This document shows, one piece after another, positions 1 through 10,458 of a stretch of 37,979 nt of DNA. A program made the translations under genes and the position numbers. Every line of letters starts with the position of its first letter. Position 1 is the first letter of the stretch. This DNA is from Piedraia hortae CBS 480.64 (taxonomy: Eukaryota): the NCBI GenBank assembly GCA_010093745.1, contig MU006047.1, positions 1-37,979 on the forward strand, in the 5' to 3' direction. The notes beneath the pieces were generated by a model that was given only the letters and a program-made list of their open reading frames with translations, had not been told where the DNA came from and did not search any database.

Positions 1-78
1 ACATCGGAGGCCCGCCGATGTTTGCTCATTATGCTAGGCAGGGCGACCGCCCATTCGGCCGATGATGGCTGCACGGGT

Positions 79-225
79 TGGAGTGCCATCACGTGAACAA
101 GAATCTGGAGTGGTGACATCACGTGACCAAGAATCTGACGTGTGACTTGACGTGACCAGGAATCCGACGTGGTGACGAATGGGGACGTCACGTGGCCAGG
201 AACTTGACGTCGTGACCAATCTGGA
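79..225. repeat. Degenerate ~30 bp tandem repeat (4-5 units) rich in CACGTG and TGACGT motifs
   Basis: Units: tggagtgccatcacgtgaacaagaatc (79-105), tggagtggtgacatcacgtgaccaagaatc (106-135), tgacgtgtgacttgacgtgaccaggaatc (136-164), then more degenerate copies to ~225. All share the core CGTG(A/G)(A/C)CA. Confidence 0.75.
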
Positions 226-676
226 CTAGCGCACATTTCTGCCCAATCACCGCTTAGCCCCGACAGGGATGAGGAATATGACATTGAATTCCAGCAGAAT
301 ACTTAGGCTGGCAGGCAGATACAGACTCGGATAATCAGTGGCACACTGTAGGGCTCCGCCAAAGTTCGGCAGTGGTGATAACTCTTGTGGACACGATTTG
401 GCATTATCATCATCATCGCCCGTGAGTTTGCAAAGGTCTTGGTTGGTGACAAAAATCGTGTCCGTCCTCCGGCCAACCCCGACCGCCCCCGGACAGCGCA
501 CAATTCCCATTCACTTGCGTGTGTCGCCTTCGAGCAACGCACAACATACTTGCTACTTGATACTAAACATCTCAAATCTCTTCTTGTATGCGACGCGTTC
601 CTGCGCGCCCCGCGTCTTGATCCGCGCCGTTTGGCATGCGCGTGATCTGTTACATTTGTAGTTTTAGGACGCGGTT

Positions 677-3596
677 ATGAGCAAACGGACAATGGAGCAC
701 CAAGGCGGAGGCGATCGCTATGGAGCCATGGATATCAGCGAAGCTTCTGTGGACAAGCCGCGAGAGGCGACGGCGGCACAGATCGCCAAGCGCAAGTAAG
801 ATAATTCCCAAGATGCGTCACAGGAAACTGATGTTCTGGCACAGAATACTTCACCCGAAGGGCCGCACGTCGGCGCGTTCAAGTCGACAAAACTCACCCA
901 TGAACCCTATGCCCGCCAATCCCTTCCAGTCTTTCACTCCACCTCCTTCTGCCGATACTTTTAATTTCTCAGTGCCAAACAACGCGCCAACGGCCCCGTC
1001 GTTTGGCCAGAACAACGCGTCCAGCTTCGGAAAGACATCTGATCAGGCGCAAAACAATGGAGCAGCGCCAGCTTCGTTTAGCTTCGGCAATACGAACTTA
1101 GCAAGCGGCTTCAGCTTCGGCCAACAGCCTCAGGCCTCTGCCGCTCCTACGTTCAGCTGGGGCAAACCGGCAGAGAGTGCCGGCGAATCATTTAGTGCCA
1201 GCACCTCCGGAAATTCTATATTCAGTGGCACGAATGCTGGCGTAGGAACGGCTCAAGCTCCGTTCGGTTCGCAAGAAAACTTGTTCTCCAAAGGCACGAC
1301 AGAGGCCGCCAAGCCCTCCTTCAGCTTCGGCATCTCCCAAGACCCTCAGGCAACGCCAAAGGCAACGTTCGGCTCTGCGTTTGCACCGAACACGGTGGAA
1401 ACATCCAAGCCCTCCTTGTCATTTATGTCGTCCTCTGACAAACCGACTTTTGGCGGTTTTGGGAAAACCAATACTGAACAGACCAACAGCTCTTTCGGAC
1501 AGGTGAAGGAGAAGGAGACCGAATCTTCCAAGCCAGCTCTCTCTTTCTTGAACAACGCTAGTGGATCTTTTGGGAAATCAAGCGCCGAGCAGGGCAGCAA
1601 CCTCTTCTCGCAGTCCTCCCTGACGAATGATACCGAACCCCCCAGGCTTTCGTTCCTAGGCGGCGCCGATAAACCCTTTGGAGATACGGCTGTCGATCAG
1701 ACACTCAAAGATACCAACATCTTCAAGCCCGTGTTTGGTCAAACTGTTGAAAAGGCGCAACCAGAGCAGCCAAAGGAGAACCCACCGCTTTTCAGCTTTG
1801 GCAGCGGGACACATCCAGTTCCCAATAGCTTTGGGGGCTTGGGGCAAAATATGGCGGCGGATGATGCAAGGCCGGTCAGTTCCAATGCATCTGCAAACAC
1901 AGAGCCTGTCGGTGCTGAAGATATCAATCCTAACGCTGGCAAGAGTTTGTTCGAACGTATTACTGGTCAACTCCCTGCGCAAGCCCCAACTCCGTCCAAT
2001 GAATCCGTAAAAGATTCACCGGTCAAGCCTATGTTTGGCGCCGCTGCCATGACGAATCCAATCACCGGAAACAACATCTTTACCCCTGCGAAACCCGACG
2101 CGGCTAACTCATCAAATCTCTTCGCCAATTCCTTTTCGCAGCCGGCGGCGTCCCCAGCCAGCGGCACCGACTTATCGAAAGGCAGCCTAAGTAGTTCGAA
2201 GCAAAAGCTGACAATGCTAAATCTTGGCTTCGTAGCTCACCTGCAAGATGAAGATCCGGGGGGAGATTGGAGCATAATATGCCAATACTACATGGAAAAG
2301 GCAGCGGAGATTATGGGAGAGAACGCTTATGTGCCCAAGGCAAAGCCTCAGCCCGGTTCTGGGGATTCTTTGGTCAAGCAGCCCACATTCGGAGAGTCTT
2401 TGGCAGCTGAGCCCATTCTCAACAACCGCAAACGAGCTCTTAAAGAAGATGCGCCTGAAACGGAGAAGCGAAAGAAACAAAATGATCTGATCGAATACCC
2501 CAAGCTACCGGAAACTTCCAGTAAGACGGCTCAGCTGTTTGCCTCAACGCTTGATTCGAAGAGCTTCAGTCCTTCTGCCGACGTTAATGCCCGCGTGCAG
2601 CAACAGAAGAATGGTAAAGAGGCCACCGATAAATCCACCAACTTGTTCTCCTCATCGTCTTCTACGACCAATGGAAGCACGTCAACACCCTTCAAGCCTC
2701 AGTCAACGGTGACTGAATCCTTTGCCGCCCCCACCTCCACCAACAGTTCAACCGCTGCAGCACCTACTTTCGGCTTCAAACCCACCTTGGCTCCGGCTTC
2801 TGCTGGTTTCAAGCCCAACATTGGTACCAACGATGCGTCAAATTTCTTGGCTTCGTTCGGGCAGCAGTCCGAGAAAGAACTGGAAAAGAAGCGCAAGGAA
2901 CGCATGGAAGAGGATTTTGATAGTGATGAAGAAGACAAAGCCCAGTGGGAAGCTAGATACAAGGAAGAACAAGAAGCAAAACGCAAACAGATTGAGGAGG
3001 CAGCTAAGAGTGGGCCAACTTTCAAGGCTTTTGGCTCTTTTACGCCGGTCAAATCTAGTGTGTCGAAGTAGGTTTTCATGGGTCATAAGACCAATTGCTA
3101 ATCTTTGTTGCTTTTCAGATTAACTGAGACTAATACGCCTGCTCTCAGTGGTGTGTCTACTCCTGGTGATGGCTCAGACACGGAAGCCGAAGCGCCGGAA
3201 GAACAGATTGAAGACATGACAGCTTTGCTTCCCCGCGAGCTTGAAGAGGAAGACGTTCTTTTGCAGCTGAACATTGCCAAGGCCCAGAAGTTTATTAAAA
3301 AGGACACCTCGTCTTGGGTCGAAAAGGGCAAAGGCCCGCTTTATGTCCTCAAAAATAAGACTTCGGGCAAGATCAGAGTGCTACTGAAGATTCCGCCCAT
3401 GGGACGCGCCCCTGTTAACTTCCCGCCTTTGAGCAATGGCGAATACAAGGCGGACAAGAAACGAGTGATGGGTCCGTTTCTTGACCACATGGACACGACC
3501 TCGAGCCAGCCCAACGTCCCGAGCATGTGGACAATTAATGTCAAGGAAGCCAGTGATGCGCAGGCTATCGCTGACTTGCTCAATAAACACAAGTAG
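677..3596 (+). CDS. NUP2: Nup2/Nup50-like FG nucleoporin with C-terminal Ran-binding domain; 3 exons (677-795, 845-3067, 3119-3596), ~939 aa
   Basis: Spliced N-terminus MSKR...REATAAQIAKRKILHPKGR matches the Nup2/Nup50 N-terminal motif. Many FSFG/FG repeats. C-terminal RanBD-like WVEKGKGPLYVLKNKTSGKIRVLLK. Introns 796-844 (GTAAG..CTGAT..CAG) and 3068-3118 (GTAGGT..CTAAT..CAG) keep the frame. Confidence 0.85.
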
Positions 3597-4461
3597 TCTA
3601 TTCACCAAACGAATGTATTATTTATCTCATTCGTTCCCGAGTGTGCAGTAAAGATAGCATCGTTGCCCTTCGGCGTCATCACGAAGTGGTTGACGAATTC
3701 CAAAATGGCATTGCAGTGAAGCCATGGCAGGTCACCCTTTGGGCTTCATCCCATACGAGCCTCTCATGGTGTCGGACCCTGAACACGCATGGTTCCCATA
3801 TGGCTCGGAGGTAGAGACAACCCTCTCCGTCCATTATAACTCTGCCAAGCACCGAGTTAGCGATAGTCTACGAGGCAGCGGCTAATGTCGATCCTTGCCG
3901 GTGCCTCGGTATGTCGATCGGATGATCGACATTGTAGTCGCTGATAAATTAGTTGCTTTTGTACATAGTTCCGCCCGCCGGTTCGGGCGGGCAGTCCTGT
4001 CTCTCTTCCATCGCTCTTTCCTGTCCACACCAGTGATATAGCCACATGAAGTCGATCCACCCCCTCGTCAAGGCATCCTAGAGGCTATGCCACACGCACC
4101 ACATCCAGAACCTGCGCGGAGCTTGATAATAGAGGTGCGCGTTGCACGTGCGGGTTGCTACCAGAGCGAGTTCGTTAGTATGAAGCATCCGAAAGCTAGG
4201 CTATGTAACGACACTCGCCTGATCATAATGCGAATGCAGAGGAGTATATTTAGATAGAAACTGGTTATCCGAAAGCACATATCCTGAAACTTCATCATAT
4301 TTTGTCAGTTGCTCACAGCCCCATTTGCTGTAGGTAGGCATGTTCCCAGAATGGGTTGTCGCAGTCATGGCAGTAGTATGCCACCAGGACAGCATTATTT
4401 TCAAAGTGCCTATTGGCTTGCTTGGGTATTTCTTGTCCCAACTCCCAGGGCATCTTTTGCG

Positions 4462-4730
4462 GTCCAAAAGAATGCTGTATCCAAGGTTAGAAAGTATTCG
4501 GCTGCCAAAACGTGCAAAATACTGCCGACTTCTAACCAACAAAATTGTCCAACAGCTTTTTTAATCCTGCAATCGTTCTTTCCAGACCTCCAAGGGGTGT
4601 TGTATGTCGAAAAGAATGCTGAATCCAATATCTGAAGTCAGTCGGCAACCAAAAAGTCCAATTCTTGGCTGACCATTGCCTGGGATATCCAATAGCTTCT
4701 CCAATCCTAAGGATTTCGTCTCCAAACTTT
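4462..4730. repeat. Degenerate tandem duplication, period ~140-144 bp (copies ~4462-4605 and ~4606-4730)
   Basis: gtccaaaagaatgctgtatccaa (4462) vs gtcgaaaagaatgctgaatccaa (4606); tccaacagcttttttaatcct (4548) vs tccaatagcttctccaatcct (4688). Confidence 0.7.
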
Positions 4731-5125
4731 TAGGGCCTGGGTGCAGACTAGTGTCGCATGGTGAGTTTCGAAGTGGTTGGCTGCCGGGAGTTGCGAATTG
4801 TTGTATCCGCTCGGTCGGTTTATGTACTGTCCTAGAATGTCTGGAAAGTTACCTGTATTTCTTGACAATCCCTGCGACAGTAGGTGCACAACGATAAGGT
4901 CTTCTGCAATTGTGTGTATGAATTAGCCTCCTTCGGAGCAGCCAACAATGATGCCTCGCTGTCCAGCACTAGTTATATAATGGAACCCAAGTTGATAAGA
5001 ATGTATTCTCGATTGTTTAATGAAGTGATTCCTGTTGGATGATAGTTGTTGCCTAGCGTAATCGTTCTGAGTATTGAGTTTTTACAAAAAAAAAATTTCT
5101 GCTGTTCAGCAGCGACCTTATATAC

Positions 5126-5244
5126 TAGTGATTTGTTTATAAACAAGATTCCACATTTGTTGCCACAATAAATCAACGCCTTCACATTCAAACATGGCAT
5201 TGGTACCGTTCGATGCAGAATAATTTAGCGCATCTTCCCAACCA
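5126..5244 (-). repeat. Left copy of ~120 bp inverted repeat (pairs with 6881-6997)
   Basis: Reverse complement aligns to 6881-6997 with about 15 differences by hand count (~87% identity), e.g. shared GTTTGAATGTGAAGGC.TTGATTT.TTGTGGCAACAAATGTGGAATCTT. Confidence 0.9.
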
Positions 5245-5620
5245 GGTGAAGGGTGCGACTCATTGTGGCATATAAAACCACCTCATCGAAGCGATACCAC
5301 AGGAACGATACCATCTCGTCAAGGTACGAGGTGGGGTTGGCATAGATAATCTCCTCCAGCGCCTACTCCTCCATCAGACACATTCGGCCAAGACCCTTCA
5401 TGAATTTGCTTAACTCGATATGTTCTGGCTTAAGGTGCTCCACCTCCCACCTTTTTTGGAGCCGGTGCGTACGGTATGTCAATTTCTTGAGATTTTCGGT
5501 CCAGCGGCTCACCGTTATGACGTCCACGGCGAAATTTCCAGCGATCTCCTGGTGGCTCATTTCACATCTCACCAGCTCTCTCAAGAGCGGTACCTGCTCT
5601 TCGCTCAGCTTTCGTCCCAT
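5245..5620 (-). mobile_element. Tc1/IS630-like transposase relic (N-terminal HTH part only; DDE domain missing)
   Basis: MGRKLSEEQVPLLRELVRCEMSHQEIAGNFAVDVITVSRW is HTH-like. It continues in frame after TAG 5365-5363 as ALEEIIYANPTSYLDEMVSFLWYRFDEVVLYATMSRTLH, the 'P..YLDEM..FL...F...V...T.SR.L' pattern of fungal Tc1-like transposases. Truncated at ~5245. Confidence 0.75.
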
Positions 5621-6880
5621 TTTGATTTTGCAGGAGATTTGACATATGAAAATTGCGAGGAAAGTAGAGACTTTGAAAGCAACGGTGAGAATTCAGTGGG
5701 TGGGAAGATTTGAATACTGTCAGAAGGATGTGGCACCCACCATGACTAGAACTATAGATGGAAGTCGAAACTTCTCATGGTTTTTACCTCTATAGAAGTT
5801 TTCCCTGAGACGGGTCATTCTCGTTCATGCTTAAGGGCATGGTTCGCTGACGTTGTCCTGGCAAATGTGGTTAGACTGAGGTAGTGTGGCGGATGTTTCG
5901 AACCTCACCTCATAGAGATAGACATCTACATTTTCACCTTTTTCAGTAAACGTTGAGTGAAAACTTTTGTCGTTGATATCCACTCCACTCTAGTCCTCGG
6001 AGGTCCACCCCTCCGACAAGTACAGTTCTACTAAAGCAGTCTGTTAGGCCTTTGACAGGTGTCGAACTCAGGGGCAACAGCTATTATTGCCGTGGGCCTG
6101 ATCAGCGCTGGAAGGCCCGTGAGCGTGGCCCTGTGAGATGTAACCAACCTTGGAGCGATATTTAGATCTCCTTTATAGCGATCTTTTGATGTTCTTTCTA
6201 TGTGCAGATCGACGAATTTCCAGTGTGTAATCGAGGTAATGCATAAGTTGCATTTGCTTATGTTAAAACGTGAGGTAGGAACCGTAAAATGCATTCTGGG
6301 GTGCTATCAGTTGAAGGATGTGTCACATGATGACCATGAACAACGTCCCTCATGTATGCAGTTTGAAATACAAGCACAGTGTTCTCACACTATCAGTTCG
6401 TCCCCTTTAACTCTTTCCACCTATATAGGAACCCCGGAAGAGCAGACAAATTTTGTCTCTGTTTGTTTGTCACACAAGCAAAGAGTAGACACCTTGCATC
6501 GCCACGACATCGTTCCTGCCGCACCGGACGGCATCTCGGGGCAGTCCACATAATATTTTAACAGCTCAGACCAACATACCCTCCGGGGCTCATGGTTCAT
6601 GTGTGAAATTAGCGGACCAACGCAACAAATGGTTAATTACGCGAGAACCGGGGAACCGGGAGGTAGTGCGCCTGTAATGACAGCGCCGATCGCGACTAGG
6701 GTTGGATCGGTCGCAACTATGGTTAGATCCAAATTCGACAGAAAATCGCATCTGGTGACTTCATCTGGGACATAGTCAAGTGGAAAAGTGGATTAGCGGA
6801 ATATTTGGAGTTTTCTCTATCTGTGCCAAATTTCCCACACTCATCAGACTGGTATAGGATTTGTTATTCAACATAAGTCT

Positions 6881-6997
6881 TGGCTGAGAAGATGCGCTGA
6901 TTTTTCTGTATCGAACGGTACCATTGCCAGGTTTGAATGTGAAGGCATTGATTTGTTGTGGCAACAAATGTGGAATCTTATTTAAAAAAAACCACTA
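6881..6997 (+). repeat. Right copy of ~120 bp inverted repeat (pairs with 5126-5244)
   Basis: tggctgagaagatgcgctg...tggaatcttatttaaaaaaaaccacta matches the reverse complement of 5126-5244. Confidence 0.9.
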
Positions 6998-7113
6998 ACG
7001 CGGAATGCAGACATTTTGCAACCAGTTGTAACGATCTTCAAAAAAAATATTTGACCAAAGTAGCACATGCTTGAGAGAACACACTTGTTGTTGTGTCCTC
7101 ATTGAAAACGAGG

Positions 7114-7150
7114 GCACACCGTGTGAAATGACTCATTTCGCACGGTGTGC
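7114..7150. promoter_or_regulatory. 37 bp near-perfect palindrome centred on ATGACTCAT (Gcn4/CpcA/AP-1 consensus)
   Basis: gcacaccgtgtgaaatga-c-tcatttcgcacggtgtgc has 18 bp arms with one mismatch and lies ~450 bp upstream of the HEL2 ATG. The palindrome is certain; a regulatory role is inferred. Confidence 0.55.
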
Positions 7151-7588
7151 GAGTTGAGAACGTACCCTCGTGTGAATCTTATTACTGATGCTACATAATC
7201 ACCCAACTTGTGACTCGGCTTGCTCAGTTAAATTCTCGTCGAGAACTTCCATTCCTGCAAGCCCTCTCTTTGGATTCTCTTCGGACGGGCGCGGCTGCTC
7301 CCGCGTCACGTAAGTTTTATTCGAAACCAATCAGAACATGCCTTGTATGAGGGTGGCCCGTGATTGGACTCGAGTTAGCTCAGCAAGCTAACTAATGGTG
7401 CGGGCCGTTCCGTGTCCCCCAATGCGTCACTGTGACTTATTGCTCACTCCCATCAAATTTGTCCCCATAGCGAAAGAGCAGGCAAAAAAGACCTTAGCAG
7501 AAGACACATTTCTCATTCTCTCGTACTTCCCGCTCCGATTATAGCCAACGGCTTGCATCACCAGACTACCGCACAAACGGCGTTTCTA

Positions 7589-9841
7589 ATGGTCAACAAC
7601 AACGATAACCAGCCATCCGGCACTGGAGCAAACGGCCGCAGCCAGGTACCTAATGCGCTGAACTCATCGGAAATGGCCGGTAATGAGTCGAACCGTGGCC
7701 GCCGTGCTCCTAGAAACCGGCAACGCGGCAAGGGAAAGGCTGCACAGACGAACCGTCCACCCCATTCGCAAACCCAAACGTCGTCCCAGGCCGCCGTAGC
7801 AGACAACAGTAACCTAGCAGAGGATAAACCGCCTCCTTTGCCTGACGCTGGTGGCGTCCTTGGGAAACGTCTGCCCAAGGACGCCGCAGACTCGAATACA
7901 GGCGATTCAGAGGAGGATAATGGTAAAGACACTGCAGTCTGCTTTATTTGCGCCTCTGATATTACCCATTACAGTGTCGGCATCTGCAACCATAGGACAT
8001 GCCACATCTGCGCTCTCCGCCTTCGCGCCTTATACAAGACCAAGGCCTGCGCACATTGCCGTACTGAGACTTCTATTGCCATTTTCACAAATGATCCTGA
8101 CAAAAAGTTTGAGGAATATAAGCCCGCATCCATGTTTCGCAAAGATGCCAATCTCGGCATTCACTATGAGAATCAGGAGACGTATGAGGACACGATCATT
8201 CTCCTTCGATACAATTGCCCAGATCTAAGCTGCGATATAGCTTGTACCGGATGGCCCGATCTGCATCGCCATGTCCGCAGCGTACATGATAAGGTCATGT
8301 GTGACATCTGTACACGACACAAGAAGATCTTCACCCATGAGCACGAGTTGTTCACGAGGCCTGAGCTGCGACAGCACCACAGGCTTGGAGATGACAAATC
8401 GGGCGCTGTTGACAAGAATGGCTTTGGTGGGCATCCGCAATGTGGGTTTTGTCGGTGCAGGTTCTACGGCGACGAGGAACTGTACACACATTGTCGTGAC
8501 CGTCATGAGCGCTGCCATCTATGTGAAAGGAGTGCAGGAAATCGTAGTCCGGCATACTACGTTGACTACCCTGCCCTCGAACAACACTTTCACAAGGACC
8601 ATTTTCCCTGCATGGATCCAGAATGCTTGGAAAAGAAGTTTGTCGTGTTTGACTCTGAATTGGACCTCAAAGCACATCAAGTAGAGCAACACCTCGGACA
8701 AACAAAAGGCCGCAGCGATCGGAGGGTCAATCTTTCAAACTTTGACTTTCGTGAACCGTTGGCAGAGGCTAGAACGCGGCCTCGTTGGCAAACATCCATC
8801 GGGGCGAATCCTTCTCCCGACTCTGCACCGCCTGAGCGTATGAGTCGTGAAGAGCTAGCGCAATGGAGGGGTATGGAAGTTCACAGTGCTCAAGACAGTC
8901 ACATTCGCACCATTATGGGACCTCAGATACCTCCCCCAAGAACAGTTAGGCGGAGATCACCGCCTCCCGAAGCTCAACCGGCCGCAGGGGCACCAAATTC
9001 TGCTTCTAGCGCTGCCCTCACACCGCAAGAGCTAGCACGTCGAGAGCAACATGCCGCTGTCACTCAACGCGCAGCTACCTTGCTGGGGAACGATAAAGTT
9101 CAAATGGATGAGTTCCGGGAACGCGTGTCATCGTTCAGGAAGGGTCAAATTAATGCACAAGAATTAATAGATGCCTTCTTTGCTCTGTTCGATTGTCCTT
9201 CTGCTGAGCTGGGCAAATTGATCAAAGAGTTAGCCGATATCTTTGAGCTGCCTCAGAAACGCGATGACTTAATCAAGGCGTGGGCAGATTGGCGCGCAAT
9301 CAATGAAGATTATCCTTCTTTGCCAGCGCCTAGCGGACAGACGCCATCATCAGCTGCTGATATTTTGTCAAGAGGCGTTGGCACTAATCGAGTCCTCAAG
9401 CTCAAGACTTCCACAGCACAAAGCGGTCGCAAAATCAATGCGACACCAAAATCATGGGCCACGGCCTCCAATTCCCAGGTCAAGAATAGTGCACGCGTCA
9501 ATGGTAGCATTTCTCTGGCGCCAGGAGGCTGGCCTTCCTTGACTACGTCGACCGCACAAGCCAGTTCGTCCCGGGCTCCTGCTTTGAGTTCATCCGTATC
9601 GCGTCCCATCAGCTCACGGTCAAATGACCCTGATGCCTTTCCCGCCTTGCCTCCCGCACAGCAATTACCATTACGTTCTGTTGGTTCTGGATGGAGCAAA
9701 CGTGTTGTCAGGAATGCACCTATAAACGTATGGGATGCAGGGAGACCGACTGCCAGTGCCCCGGCAACTCCTTCCGTAGAGACCCCGCAGACTAAGGAGA
9801 AAGGCAGGAAAGGTAAAAAGGTTGTTTTGCAATGGCGCTAG
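7589..9841 (+). CDS. HEL2: RING/C2H2 zinc-finger E3 ubiquitin ligase Hel2/ZNF598 (ribosome quality control), ~750 aa, intronless
   Basis: RING CFICASDITHYSVGICNHRTCHICALRLRALYKTKACAHCR; GHPQCGFC..RFYGDEELYTHCRDRHERCHLC; HFPCMDPECLEKKFVVF. C-terminal 'DYPSL/AFPAL' motifs and a KGKK tail. First ATG at 7589. Confidence 0.92.
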   Translation: MVNNNDNQPSGTGANGRSQVPNALNSSEMAGNESNRGRRAPRNRQRGKGKAAQTNRPPHSQTQTSSQAAVADNSNLAEDKPPPLPDAGGVLGKRLPKDAADSNTGDSEEDNGKDTAVCFICASDITHYSVGICNHRTCHICALRLRALYKTKACAHCRTETSIAIFTNDPDKKFEEYKPASMFRKDANLGIHYENQETYEDTIILLRYNCPDLSCDIACTGWPDLHRHVRSVHDKVMCDICTRHKKIFTHEHELFTRPELRQHHRLGDDKSGAVDKNGFGGHPQCGFCRCRFYGDEELYTHCRDRHERCHLCERSAGNRSPAYYVDYPALEQHFHKDHFPCMDPECLEKKFVVFDSELDLKAHQVEQHLGQTKGRSDRRVNLSNFDFREPLAEARTRPRWQTSIGANPSPDSAPPERMSREELAQWRGMEVHSAQDSHIRTIMGPQIPPPRTVRRRSPPPEAQPAAGAPNSASSAALTPQELARREQHAAVTQRAATLLGNDKVQMDEFRERVSSFRKGQINAQELIDAFFALFDCPSAELGKLIKELADIFELPQKRDDLIKAWADWRAINEDYPSLPAPSGQTPSSAADILSRGVGTNRVLKLKTSTAQSGRKINATPKSWATASNSQVKNSARVNGSISLAPGGWPSLTTSTAQASSSRAPALSSSVSRPISSRSNDPDAFPALPPAQQLPLRSVGSGWSKRVVRNAPINVWDAGRPTASAPATPSVETPQTKEKGRKGKKVVLQWR

Positions 9842-10458
9842 AACTTGAAAATCCTTGGCAAGGCCTTGTAGATAAGTAGAGCATGAGTGTTAAGACAAGG
9901 TCATCCATTGCCAAAAAGCAGTATTTTAGCTTGCACAGCTGTTGAATATCTACTTTTCGGTGGCTCATAACCCGATGCATTGCCCTCGTAATGCCTATAC
10001 ATTGCAGAATGCAGCGCTATCCCCACAGAACACAGTCGGGTTATTCTTGGCATCGGTCCGTGCCGCCAGACGTCGACCGCAGGGACACCAGTCAACGACC
10101 GTGAATGGATGGACAGATGAGCCGAATGGGCCAGCCAGCTAATACATGTGGATGTCAAGACCCAAAGGGAGGGGAAGATGTAACGGCAATCTATTGCGTT
10201 GAACCGCTTAGCCGACGTATCGTGGGTCAGGTTTCCAGCAGCGGGCAAACTGCTGAAACGGTCATGGAATCCGTCTGCAGCTTTCATTGACAGGCCATGC
10301 AAGTGCGGCTCGTGTCCTCGCACGTTCGGCGCACCCTTGGCTTGCCACAATCCCACACGGGCGAGTGGCGGGCGATGACGTAAGGCCAGGCGAAACAAGA
10401 TTGTCAGGCGGTGGAAGTCCAGACCTTACCAAACCACAAATCGACTGCATCAGTCAAG

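Noticed and set aside
79..225. CRISPR-like array
   Set aside because: Eukaryotic context, degenerate units without unique spacers, no cas genes.
593..674. Cluster of CGCG cores including one ACGCGT (MCB-like) before NUP2
   Set aside because: CGCG-rich tracts are common near fungal starts and probably lie in the 5' UTR; insufficient to call cell-cycle regulation.
720..844. ORF-track N-terminus MEPWISAKLL... for the nucleoporin
   Set aside because: It reads exon 1 out of frame and through the intron. The spliced start at 677 gives the family motif.
4410..4889. Pogo/Fot1 DDE_1 transposase remnant suggested by LQILDSAFFSTY and SGYNNSQL
   Set aside because: The LD.AF motif recurs in both copies of the tandem duplication and another frame explains it better. 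No DGH.SH or other DDE motifs were found.
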